From the NCBI GenBank assembly GCA_026390795.1, contig JAPLFG010000005.1, positions 98,200-162,199 on the forward strand: a stretch of 64,000 bases of DNA, written 5' to 3'. Positions 16,662-25,445 of this stretch are shown in pieces. The translations under genes and the position numbers were made by a program. Origin of the DNA: Ignavibacteriales bacterium. Lineage in GTDB: Bacteria; Bacteroidota; Ignavibacteria; Ignavibacteriales; Melioribacteraceae. The notes beneath the pieces were generated by a model that saw only the letters and a list, made by a program, of their open reading frames with translations, had not been told where the DNA came from and ran no database searches. Each line of letters starts with the position of its first letter. Within the stretch, counting starts at the first letter, position 1.

Positions 16662-17088
16662 ATTATTATTTAATGATTGCATCGAAGGTTCTACTCCCAA
16701 GTTCGGTAAATATTATTTGTATGCTGTGCAAAACGGGAATGGCTCTAGCGAGTATTCGCTATTCGCAGCTGATCAACTTCATGAAGAACTAAAGAAGTTC
16801 AAAAAAGATGATGAACTTCTTGTTACAAAACTTGCTGCTAATCGAAATGGAAAGTTGGTTGTGACTTATGAAGTAAAAAAAATGAATGAAGCAGTTGAGC
16901 CGGTAGTAACCAACCAAACCAACCTAACTAGTTCTTCCGATGATTTTTATTACAACATGATGGAGAAGTCATTCGAGGAAGCCCTGCGTATTCAAAATCG
17001 ATTTAATGGGATGGCTAATGTTAATCAATTGGCAGTAACCATTTTTATAAGTCGGTTAAAACAAAATCATTCCTTCGCGGGAGGTTAA
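16612..17088 (+). CDS. hypothetical protein
   Basis: 158-aa ORF packed between the Gam-like and DUF932 genes. Its start may be the ATG at 16627. Confidence 0.5.
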   Translation: MERQKMELEVNKPTKIKLLFNDCIEGSTPKFGKYYLYAVQNGNGSSEYSLFAADQLHEELKKFKKDDELLVTKLAANRNGKLVVTYEVKKMNEAVEPVVTNQTNLTSSSDDFYYNMMEKSFEEALRIQNRFNGMANVNQLAVTIFISRLKQNHSFAGG

Positions 17089-17089
17089 G

Positions 17090-17863
17090 ATGAATGAAGT
17101 TGATAAAAAACTACAACCATATTTATTCCCAGTGATCGAACGTGAGGTATTTCATTCCGACATTTCTGGGAAAGCCTCTCCCTTACTTACAAAAGACTAC
17201 AAAGCTATTGTAAGAAAAGACACTTCGGAATTAATCAGCATTATGAATGATACATATAAAATCGTTCCTAACTCTGATGTGATAAGGCCTCTAATGGAAC
17301 AGCTTAATATGCTAGATACTTCATGGTTCATCGATTCAAGTCATTCCTTCGTTGAGAACAACCGGATGAGATTACAAGTCACGTTTCCAGAATTGATATT
17401 CTCAGACGGTAAATCAGATGTATCGCTCAGTCTATTCCTGCACAATAGCTATGACGGCTCCGAAGGTGTAAGAATGTTTTGGGGTGCGATAAGGGCAATA
17501 TGTAAAAATGGTATGGTATTCGGTGAAGTGCTGTCAAGGTTCTACGGTAAACATACAGCAAAAATTAATATTGGAAATCTTAATCAGCAAGCGGAAGCAT
17601 CATACGAAAAGATTCCTGTTATTAAACACCGCATTGATCAGCTCTTAAATGAGAAAGTTACTGAAGCTCTCCGCACTTCCGTCGAGAATCGACTCGGGAA
17701 GAAAGTAATGAAGTTTGTTGAAGAGCAGGAAGATGAACGAAATCAGAAAGCTAAAAACATGTGGGTGCTCTACAATTTTTTGACCTACTTTATTTCTCAT
17801 AATGTTCAACAGCGGATGCGAGCCGGTTATCAGTTTGAAGTTTCGAAACTTTTCAAGTTGTGA
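17090..17863 (+). CDS. DUF932 (phage/plasmid-like) family protein
   Basis: 257 aa with LFLHNSYDGSEGVRMFWGAIRAICKNGMVFG, matching the DUF932 core (NS.DGS ... R.vC.NG). Confidence 0.7.
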   Translation: MNEVDKKLQPYLFPVIEREVFHSDISGKASPLLTKDYKAIVRKDTSELISIMNDTYKIVPNSDVIRPLMEQLNMLDTSWFIDSSHSFVENNRMRLQVTFPELIFSDGKSDVSLSLFLHNSYDGSEGVRMFWGAIRAICKNGMVFGEVLSRFYGKHTAKINIGNLNQQAEASYEKIPVIKHRIDQLLNEKVTEALRTSVENRLGKKVMKFVEEQEDERNQKAKNMWVLYNFLTYFISHNVQQRMRAGYQFEVSKLFKL

Positions 17864-17882
17864 GGCACGCCAAGCTAGGCAC

Positions 17883-17908
17883 AAACAAGAGAAGAAATTC
17901 TCTTGTTT
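17883..17908 (+). terminator. hairpin terminator after the DUF932 gene
   Basis: Perfect 11-bp stem AAACAAGAGAA / TTCTCTTGTTT with a GAAA loop, 20 nt after the stop. Confidence 0.6.
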
Positions 17909-18171
17909 AGATTAAAAATCTATATAGCCATGAATATTTTTTTAGAAAAAATTTTTATTGCCTTCATTCTAATCCAGAAATAAAAGGGGTACGTCACTTT
18001 TCCTGGACTTCTTTTTCCAGCTGCGTTTCCGGGCGACCTGCTAGGCATGGTATCCATTCAGGGGGCTTATGCTATTCGCTTAAGCGTTGTCTTAGGCTTT
18101 GTTTTTCACAACTTCTTTACTAATTATCAGATGCTTATTTTAAGCATGAACATAAATACAATGAGGTCGAT

Positions 18172-18516
18172 ATGAAACAATTATTAATTCTTACAATAAT
18201 TTTTACTGCATCTTTATTCGCACAAGATAAATATCTTTTCACCGACGCTAAAAATCATGTAGATGAAACTGTTGTCATCAACGGAGAAGTAACTCAGGTT
18301 ACTATCACAGCCAAAGGAATGGGCTATCTAAACTTCGGAGATAAATTCCCAAAGAATCAATTCACAGCGGTAGTGTTTGCCAAGGATGTTGAAAAGTTCG
18401 GTGATCTCAAGCGATTTGAAGGAAAGACTGTTGAAGTAAGCGGAAAGGTCGAACTCTACAAAGAAAAACCACAGATTATTCTAAAGAAAGTTGATCAAAT
18501 AAAAATTGTTGAATAG
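18172..18516 (+). CDS. small secreted OB-fold-like protein
   Basis: 114 aa. Signal peptide MKQLLILTIIFTASLFAQ. VVINGEVTQV...GKTVEVSGKVELYKEKPQIIL resembles an OB-fold nucleic-acid-binding module. Confidence 0.55.
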   Translation: MKQLLILTIIFTASLFAQDKYLFTDAKNHVDETVVINGEVTQVTITAKGMGYLNFGDKFPKNQFTAVVFAKDVEKFGDLKRFEGKTVEVSGKVELYKEKPQIILKKVDQIKIVE

Positions 18517-18602
18517 TTCTGTTGAAGCCTTATGCTATTAGACAAATTGTAAAACACTGAGTGCGAAGAATGCTCTTCGAATTTAGCAATTCGTTAAGTG
18601 TA

Positions 18603-19637
18603 TTACATATAAGGATTAAGTTCACCATACTGATTTAAATGATTAATAATTTCTTGAACATACCAAGCACCTTCATTTACAAGTGGCTTTACAAGAGGGA
18701 TGGCTGAGACCCCTTCATTCATTAATAATATGAAGGCAGCAGATTGACGAATAGTTAATGGTATATTATTATCCTCAACAATCTCCGTCAAATATAATTT
18801 CGAACTTGGTAATGAAGAAATAATCGCCTCTACAGACTGACCGATTGTCCCTCGAGCGATGCCTTCTTCCTCATTTATAAAACACAATAGTTTTATTACA
18901 TCATTTTTATTAAATGTTTTAAAAAGATTCTTTGCATATTCCTTTGTTTCAGTATTGATTGATTCGCCAGTATACATGATGTCTGGATGCCAAGGAATAT
19001 GTGCAAGGTAGTATATCATTCTATTAGGAATAGTTTCTTGTTTTTTTTCCTTAAATGAATTAACCATTGCATCCCAAGTTTCGGAATGATTGGGATAACG
19101 TCGGAATATCGTTATTAATCCAATATAGAATTCATCAGGCTTTTCAGAATTAAAATATTTCACGGCTTCAAGAAGTGAGAGTTCCGGAACCTCACGTAAA
19201 TTTCTAGGCATAAATAGTTGATTAAATGCAATCCTATCAAAGCGATTTACATTACTAACTTTGAAACGAATCATAGTTTCTTCTAGATGGCTATTTATAT
19301 AGTCAGAAATGTTTAACCAATATGCACATTTTAAAGCAGGAACATATACAATACCTATAACTGGAAGTGGATGGTTCAACCAATAATCTCGATGTTTGCC
19401 GATGGGGATAATGCATTCTTGCTCACTAGGATTGAAGTACGAAGAGCCAGATTTAATCTGTATAGCAATTTGAGAATTCAACGGTTTTTCATCACGAATA
19501 AATTCGATCAAGGCATCAATTCCCAAATCATTTTCTGATTCAATCTTGTGAAATAAAGAACCTGCTTCTTCAACTATTGATCGAATATAGTTAACCCCAG
19601 TCTTAGCAGTAATATTAGTTTTTTTGTATTTCAACAT
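18603..19637 (-). CDS. DUF4365-type PD-(D/E)xK nuclease-like N-domain fused to an alpha-helical-repeat C-domain
   Basis: ENDLGIDALIEFIRDE...IAIQIKSGSSYF fits the DUF4365 (D..GID...E...Q/E-x-K) pattern. The track ORF starts at GTG 19658; ATG at 19637 (MLKYKK) is the likelier start. Confidence 0.6.
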   Translation of the reverse strand: MLKYKKTNITAKTGVNYIRSIVEEAGSLFHKIESENDLGIDALIEFIRDEKPLNSQIAIQIKSGSSYFNPSEQECIIPIGKHRDYWLNHPLPVIGIVYVPALKCAYWLNISDYINSHLEETMIRFKVSNVNRFDRIAFNQLFMPRNLREVPELSLLEAVKYFNSEKPDEFYIGLITIFRRYPNHSETWDAMVNSFKEKKQETIPNRMIYYLAHIPWHPDIMYTGESINTETKEYAKNLFKTFNKNDVIKLLCFINEEEGIARGTIGQSVEAIISSLPSSKLYLTEIVEDNNIPLTIRQSAAFILLMNEGVSAIPLVKPLVNEGAWYVQEIINHLNQYGELNPYM

Positions 19638-19731
19638 AAATATTCTTCGGTTCCTCACAACTTTGCTTACAATCGTAATTCAGATGATTCCCGCCACTAA
19701 TAATTTGATCTATTGATTTTAAAAATCACTA

Positions 19732-20376
19732 TCACAAAAACGAATTTGTTGGACCAGTCCAAATTTCAACAATATTTCTTAAATAATTTTCAGCTTCTCT
19801 TAATTCAAATGCCTCATCATCCTGATCTGCATATGACAAATGATCGTCAAGGATCTTGAGTCTATTTATTATATCATCAATTCCATTTTTCAACAAATGC
19901 TTATATTGTTTTTCTAAATGAGTTTTAGACAAAATGAAATCGGGGCAAGGATTTGCCTTGTTACGATCATACTTACCTATATCATCATTAATCTCGAATC
20001 CAAGTTTTTTCCCTACAGCCTTGCCGTCATCAGTCCCCAAAGTACAAACTAAGTCACCAGAAGTTCTAGAACATATATGAGGGATGATATATTTTGAGAG
20101 AGCATCTGTGACATAGTGCTTTCCGCTATGTTCTTTTTTCACAAACCAAAGCATATCCCCATTACTCATATGCTGCACTGCCCCAACATATTCACCTTTT
20201 TCATTTTTGATATAATAAATAAAATCTGCAGTCATTTCGATTTGATACTCGTAGCCCATATTATACCAGACTTTTACATATTCGACATTATCACAAGTTG
20301 ATATTGGTATTATATTAAGTTTTTTAAATTCTTTTTCTCTATCATTTATAAGTTTTTCAATAGTCTTAAAAGTCAT
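19732..20376 (-). CDS. hypothetical protein, GNAT-acetyltransferase-like core (tentative)
   Basis: FVKKEHSGKHYVTDALSKYIIP ... GKAVGKKLGFE resembles GNAT motif A/B. The track start at 20412 is TTG; ATG at 20376 (MTFKTIEKL) is the likelier start. Confidence 0.45.
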   Translation of the reverse strand: MTFKTIEKLINDREKEFKKLNIIPISTCDNVEYVKVWYNMGYEYQIEMTADFIYYIKNEKGEYVGAVQHMSNGDMLWFVKKEHSGKHYVTDALSKYIIPHICSRTSGDLVCTLGTDDGKAVGKKLGFEINDDIGKYDRNKANPCPDFILSKTHLEKQYKHLLKNGIDDIINRLKILDDHLSYADQDDEAFELREAENYLRNIVEIWTGPTNSFL

Positions 20377-20538
20377 AGTATTTCTCAAACTTGTTAGAAT
20401 TATTCCAAACAAACTTAACGAAAATAATGTAAATAGAACGCGGGTAAGCGTTGTTGTTTTTTAGTAGCTTAAAATGGAAATATCCCGTTAACAATACATA
20501 CAACAATTGATAAAGCTTTTTTTGTATCATAAAATTAC

Positions 20539-20645
20539 AACCTAGGTAATTGTTTTTGGTTATTCTGCTTAAATAGCATTGAACCCGGTTGGTTTTGTTG
20601 GTTATTCTCTACCTAGGTAAATGTTTTGGGAAATTCTGAATAAAC
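20539..20645 (+). repeat. two ~36-bp imperfect direct repeats (putative origin/regulatory repeats)
   Basis: ACCTAGGTAATTGTTTTTGGTTATTCTGCTTAAATA (from 20539) against ACCTAGGTAAATGTTTTGGGAAATTCTGAATAAAC (from 20610). A third GGTTATTCT core sits at 20600-20608. Confidence 0.6.
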
Positions 20646-20654
20646 TGTTTAGAC

Positions 20655-20700
20655 CCTAGTACCAAAACAACAATCCCCCGTAGCCGTAGGCGAAGGGGGA
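20655..20700 (-). terminator. hairpin terminator downstream of the Rep-like gene
   Basis: TCCCCC (20674-20679) pairs with GGGGGA (20695-20700). On the minus strand it is followed by TTGTTGTTTTGG. Confidence 0.45.
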
Positions 20701-20785
20701 TATTGTCTTTTAGATTCTTTTAGAATCTTTTAGTCGATTTCTATGGCTGTAACTCATTGCAAATAAAGAAGTTATAAAACGCCTT

Positions 20786-20856
20786 GACACCCAAATGATT
20801 ACTTTTTTCCCTTATTTGACACCCAAATGATTACTACTAGCACCCAAATGATTACT
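20786..20856 (+). repeat. three direct iteron-like repeats CACCCAAATGATTACT
   Basis: Copies at 20788-20803, 20820-20835 and 20841-20856 (the first two extend to GACACCC...). Copies 2 and 3 lie inside the last codons of the 374-aa gene and encode the repeated SNHLG. Confidence 0.8.
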
Positions 20857-21936
20857 TTTTATATCGCTGTCCAACTCCTTAACATCACTCTTAACCTTGA
20901 TATGGATAACCGTGTTCTCCAACTCAGAGGGGCTTAAGTTGGTTAGGTTGGCTACTGATGGGCTGATCTCCGAAATAATAGCAATTTCAGCCAATGCTTT
21001 CAAAAATTCTGCTTTCCGTTTAGTTGCACGTCCGGAATTTATATTCATAACCCACATAAACCTCTTTACGGTGAACGCCACTACCTTATAATCCTTGTCA
21101 TTCAGTTGTACATTTCCCTGTTCAGCAATCAGATAATTGGTCAATAAATAAGCAGCTGTTGAGTATTCCCTTGTCGCTGAAATGATTGAGGTTGGGTAGG
21201 ATAAATAACCTCGTTCAAACATTTCAGGAGTGTTTCCCCGTTTATCATTAAACAATGAACTCACACAGCCAACAAATTTCATATTTACATCAATGATATA
21301 TCCTTTCGGAGTTTCAACAACGTTGTAAATGAAATTTCCAAATGCTTTGTATCTCGGATCAATCTTTGTCTTGTTCCGGTATTTAAATATTTGATAGTTG
21401 AGCCAGGTTAGTGAAAACATGGCATCACTTATATCTCTATAAATGTTTTTTTCCGATGATGAATATCCTAGCCAATCCCGCATTTCATGTTTAGAAATTT
21501 CCAGTTGTGTAAAAGTCCTTTTTTCATAAACCTTTGACAAAATCACGAGCACTAAACGATGAGCCAACTTAAACAACCTAACCCTCTTTAGTCCATCTTC
21601 AACAGGATCAGTACAATGGGTTTTTTTATCTAACAGTTCGGTTTCAATTTTTCCGATATAGTCAGCATACATATTTGCACTGAAGGCAATCGCGTAATCG
21701 CCAAAATCACGAACTACGAAATTTGTTGATCTGTATTGCCCCGCTGCTGTTAAGGCGCTACGTTGGAGCTCGGGAGTCAGCTCAGCGACTCCCAATCTCT
21801 TTCTTTCTGTTTCCAGTATCTCCTCTTTAATCGGTAAAGAGAGGTAATTTGAAAAAATCCCTTTATGCATTAACATCGGCAAAAAATCTTGCATGGTTGA
21901 TCTGTCTATTCTGACAATTGGATATTTTTCTTTCAT
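20812..21936 (-). CDS. putative replication initiator-like protein (hypothetical)
   Basis: 374-aa ORF, 1-nt overlap (TAATG) with the primase-helicase gene. Iterons sit at and just past its 3' end. The assignment is by context only. Confidence 0.45.
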   Translation of the reverse strand: MKEKYPIVRIDRSTMQDFLPMLMHKGIFSNYLSLPIKEEILETERKRLGVAELTPELQRSALTAAGQYRSTNFVVRDFGDYAIAFSANMYADYIGKIETELLDKKTHCTDPVEDGLKRVRLFKLAHRLVLVILSKVYEKRTFTQLEISKHEMRDWLGYSSSEKNIYRDISDAMFSLTWLNYQIFKYRNKTKIDPRYKAFGNFIYNVVETPKGYIIDVNMKFVGCVSSLFNDKRGNTPEMFERGYLSYPTSIISATREYSTAAYLLTNYLIAEQGNVQLNDKDYKVVAFTVKRFMWVMNINSGRATKRKAEFLKALAEIAIISEISPSVANLTNLSPSELENTVIHIKVKSDVKELDSDIKSNHLGASSNHLGVK

Positions 21937-23801
21937 TAGTCAAGCTCACCTCCAGATTCTACTTCGTCGGATTGTGTTGTACTAGTATTACTAACTCCAA
22001 TTTGAAGGTTGTTTTCTTCCATTGTGCCAGTAGCTCTAATGAAAATAAGATCCTGAATTCCCTTATAGTCGGAAAGTTTGTTTTTAACAAATTCCATTTT
22101 AATTGCGCATTGATCCTCTTTTAATTGATCTACGTTGAGTGGATACAACAATAAAACCACACTAGCGTTGTAAGCATATTTCCCGGTCTCATTTATGTCA
22201 CTGAGTGTCGGTTTTTTATTTTTACTATCTGTATTAGATCTCTTGCGCAATTCACCTGTAGCTATTACGGGGATTTTACATTTGTCAACTAATTCCTTAA
22301 TTGTTTGAGCCCTTTTAATATTCTCAATCCGAATTCCTTCCCCGGCTTCTACATTTAGATTATACATGCCGTCTATGAACACCACTAAATTTTCAAATGA
22401 TCCGATTGAAGTTAAAGTATCTAATACTTGGTCTATGTGGTTTAAGTCTCCTAAGTCCTTCATGATCAATCTTCCAGTATCTACGAGATCAAGGATCAGT
22501 TCTCTTTTTGCATTTAATGTATTCTGATCGTTAGGATCCGGGCAAGCTTTGATAACATTATTAATATTAAATTTAGTCAGAATGCTGATTAATCTATTTA
22601 CTGTATAGAACTTATTGTCATCCATAGAAAAATGAACAATTTTCAACTGAGGATTTGTAAGAAGTAAATCCAGTTCAAGATTAGTCAACAATGCAGTTTT
22701 ACCAACATTTGATTCTGCAGCAATTAAGTAAAAGCCAGGTTGTACACCATCTAAATTTTTGGCTAGCGCTTTGAATTTATCTAATTTATATCCAATAAGT
22801 TCATTGGGATCACGAGTGTCATAGAAGGCAAATTTTTCTCGTAATTCATCCCCAAATGATTTTGGCACAGCCGGTTGAGAAATGATCGTGGGGGATTCAG
22901 ATTGATTGGAATATTCAAAACCATAACTTTTTGCTATTGCGAATAATGTTGCAAGATCAATCTCTCCAGTTGCAGTTTGAACAAAGTTTTCAAATTTTTC
23001 ATCAACGTATTCAAAGGAATCATTGTAACTTGGATTCGAAGAAAGAATATGGAAGTAACTCCGGCCTTCGTCACCTAAACTGGCAAGAGCGAATCCGCAC
23101 TTCATCCATTCAGCATACCCATTTAGTTTTTCTCGCAGAAAGTTTACAGCATTGTATACGTATTTCGTTTTGCTTTTATCGACTTGGTGAAAATTAATGG
23201 GGGTAGTTTTGGTTGTACTTTGTGGTTTCTGAGTTACTTGAATATCACTTACAACTATCGGAACTGCATTATCATTTACATACAAGTCTAGATCATAGCT
23301 TAGAAAACAAGTACGTGATACATTCTTTGTAACTTCATCCGCATTTACGCCGTATTCAATTTCCTTTCTCTCTTTATATTTCAGATAAACAGCGGTGTAG
23401 TGCTCAGCAGATGTAACTGGTTTTTCAAATACGTATCCGACTTTAATTCCGTCTCCGCTTGGAGACCGAAACGCAAAGTAAGCTTCTGAATCTTGTATGA
23501 TCTTTTCCCATAGAACAGCGTATTGTTCTCCAACGTGATCAAAGTCTAAGATCATCATTTCAGCAGTTATCAAATTTTCAGCAGTTCGAATTCCATTTGT
23601 AAATGTTGCACCTACAAAGTATGGTAGCAAGATTACCTTTGCGTCTCTTCGTTCATTATCAGTTTCTAATTGTCTAATTCGTTCAACGTTTTCTTTTAAT
23701 GTTTTGTCAGTTCTAATTTGTTCAAAAATGTTTGAAATAGATGTTACCTCTACAGCATTGGATTTAACGCTGTCCCCAGAGGAAATGTTAAAATTATTCA
23801 T
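21936..23801 (-). CDS. primase-helicase (BT4734/VirE-N-like primase domain plus DnaB/RepA-like P-loop helicase domain)
   Basis: 621 aa. N-terminal MMILDFDHVGE...AFRSPSGDGIKVGY. C-terminal Walker A AAESNVGKTALL and Walker B LVVFIDGMYNL. Confidence 0.7.
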   Translation of the reverse strand: MNNFNISSGDSVKSNAVEVTSISNIFEQIRTDKTLKENVERIRQLETDNERRDAKVILLPYFVGATFTNGIRTAENLITAEMMILDFDHVGEQYAVLWEKIIQDSEAYFAFRSPSGDGIKVGYVFEKPVTSAEHYTAVYLKYKERKEIEYGVNADEVTKNVSRTCFLSYDLDLYVNDNAVPIVVSDIQVTQKPQSTTKTTPINFHQVDKSKTKYVYNAVNFLREKLNGYAEWMKCGFALASLGDEGRSYFHILSSNPSYNDSFEYVDEKFENFVQTATGEIDLATLFAIAKSYGFEYSNQSESPTIISQPAVPKSFGDELREKFAFYDTRDPNELIGYKLDKFKALAKNLDGVQPGFYLIAAESNVGKTALLTNLELDLLLTNPQLKIVHFSMDDNKFYTVNRLISILTKFNINNVIKACPDPNDQNTLNAKRELILDLVDTGRLIMKDLGDLNHIDQVLDTLTSIGSFENLVVFIDGMYNLNVEAGEGIRIENIKRAQTIKELVDKCKIPVIATGELRKRSNTDSKNKKPTLSDINETGKYAYNASVVLLLYPLNVDQLKEDQCAIKMEFVKNKLSDYKGIQDLIFIRATGTMEENNLQIGVSNTSTTQSDEVESGGELD

Positions 23802-23948
23802 GAAAATCCTTGGTAATAAATTGATATAGAAACACAGCAGCCAACACAGCTTTTGTGCGTTTCCATTCGTGCGGGATTACAGTTAGAGAGTTGTACTATT
23901 TCCGATTAAAGAAGTTTTCTTGTGTTTTGAGTTGTCAGTCTGAAGGAG

Positions 23949-24140
23949 TTACTTTTTTCCAATTGTTTCTCTATTAACTATATATCCTTTCATAACAGCT
24001 TTTACGAAGCGGTGGAATGTCCAATGTTCTTCTTTAGCCCACCTTTGCAATTTATTAATATCTTCTTCATCCATGCGTATCGAGAATATCCCACGTTCTT
24101 TCTTTTCTTCGTCAACCAATTGAAATCTGCTCATACTCAT
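23949..24140 (-). CDS. ribbon-helix-helix (CopG/Arc-like) DNA-binding protein, possible regulator/excisionase
   Basis: 63 aa. RGIFSIRMDEEDINKLQRWAKEEHWTFHRFVKAVMKGYI has a beta-strand plus two-helix layout. Lies between int and the replication genes. Confidence 0.55.
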   Translation of the reverse strand: MSMSRFQLVDEEKKERGIFSIRMDEEDINKLQRWAKEEHWTFHRFVKAVMKGYIVNRETIGKK

Positions 24141-24231
24141 AACCTATGTTTATTAATCAGTAAAATAAATATAGTACTTTTTGGTGTACAAAGTCAAGAG
24201 TTTTGTAAAATATTTTTCCACTAACTTTATG

Positions 24232-25248
24232 CTATCCTAGATCAAGAGTTTCCACTGCACCGCGTAGATCTTCAGTTCTTAAATGCGAATAAATCATCGT
24301 AGTTTTAATATCAGCGTGCCCTAGGAGTTTTGAAACAATAAAAATGGAGACTCCCTTTTGGACAAGCGTACTAGCAAAGGAATGTCTAAGAGTATGAAAA
24401 TGATACACATCATTTAACTTAGCTGCTCTAACAGCTCTCTTAAAACCTAAAGTTAATAGATAATCTCTAATGACTGTTCCATTCCGCATGAATACATATT
24501 CTTCATTATTCTTTTTATCTCGCAGACCAAGTAATTCAATCATTAATTTCGGATGGATTGGAATAACGCGGGATCTTTTACTCTTCGTTGTAAATTCATT
24601 ATGGTTTTGGACATTTATAACATTAGTTGAAAAATCTATTGCATCCCACCTGATGTATCGTATCTCAGATAACCGCATTCCTGTATAAATCGCCATTGTA
24701 TAAACTGATTTTAATTGAGCGTCTTCTTCCACCTCATAAATTTTGTCAAATTCTCCCGCCTGTAAAAAGATTGGTTTGTTCTCCGCGAATTTGAGTTTCC
24801 TTACTTTTGCAAATACATTTTCTTTTAGATAGTTGAATTCAACAGCTCTCTGAAATGCTGCTTGTAGTGTTCTCAAATATCCATTAATTATCCTTGCTTT
24901 TGCTTCAGTTAGCTTTAGACTAATGAATGCTTCAACGTTTGCGGTCTTAATATTTCTTATCGGAATTGAACTAGATATAACTCTGTTGAATTGTGAAAAA
25001 GCTGTGCAAACAAATTCTTGGTAACTGGGAGTAAATCTGGTTGTTGCATACTTGGAATAAAAACTTTCGAATTGCTCGAAAGTTAAATCTAAATGTTTTG
25101 ACTCTTCAATTTTGGGGGAGTTAGTAAAATCTTGTAAAAATTTGTTCGCTTCAGCTTTTGTTGTGCATTTGGTACTGATACTTGTTTCTTTTCCATTTTC
25201 ATCTTTGTAAAATAAATGAAAAATTTTGTTACGCTTGATAAGGTACAT
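24232..25248 (-). CDS. int: tyrosine-type site-specific recombinase/integrase
   Basis: 338 aa. Catalytic motifs TGMRLSEI, HTLRHSFAS and LLGHADIKTTMIYSHL (R...HxxR...H...Y). Starts 198 nt from the right-hand repeat. Confidence 0.9.
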   Translation of the reverse strand: MYLIKRNKIFHLFYKDENGKETSISTKCTTKAEANKFLQDFTNSPKIEESKHLDLTFEQFESFYSKYATTRFTPSYQEFVCTAFSQFNRVISSSIPIRNIKTANVEAFISLKLTEAKARIINGYLRTLQAAFQRAVEFNYLKENVFAKVRKLKFAENKPIFLQAGEFDKIYEVEEDAQLKSVYTMAIYTGMRLSEIRYIRWDAIDFSTNVINVQNHNEFTTKSKRSRVIPIHPKLMIELLGLRDKKNNEEYVFMRNGTVIRDYLLTLGFKRAVRAAKLNDVYHFHTLRHSFASTLVQKGVSIFIVSKLLGHADIKTTMIYSHLRTEDLRGAVETLDLG

Positions 25249-25279
25249 ATATTCTCCTCAAGCAAAATCCACAACAAAA

Positions 25280-25316
25280 TTTTGTAAGGTCTTTTGTAAG
25301 GTTGTTACTTTACAAA
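25280..25316. promoter_or_regulatory. repeat cluster upstream of int (two direct TTTTGTAAGGT plus one inverted TTTGTAAAGT)
   Basis: Copies at 25280-25290, 25292-25302 and 25307-25316 (inverted), 32-68 nt upstream of the int start. Candidate operator or arm-type sites. Confidence 0.4.
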
Positions 25317-25445
25317 TTGAAAAGCTCTGACATCAGTAAGAGTTACTCGCAGCGTAAAGAAAAAAAAAGTTGCAATCTGTAACTGAAAGTGCAACTTTTA
25401 ATTTGCCTGGAAAGAGTTTTGAAACTACGCTATTTAAAAATCGAT

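Noticed and set aside
18078-18100. Extra occurrences of AGCGTTGT (also at 20447-20456) as members of the same element family
   Set aside because: By rough composition estimate an 8-mer is expected about once by chance in a window this size. The flanks do not align with copies a, b or e.
17990-18110. Relatively GC-rich stretch upstream of the OB-fold gene as a possible structured ncRNA or riboswitch
   Set aside because: I could not fold it by eye into any known family. Only short local stems are present.
25089-25277. 62-aa track ORF overlapping the integrase 5' end
   Set aside because: It is an out-of-frame overlap with the well-supported integrase ORF and is of low complexity.
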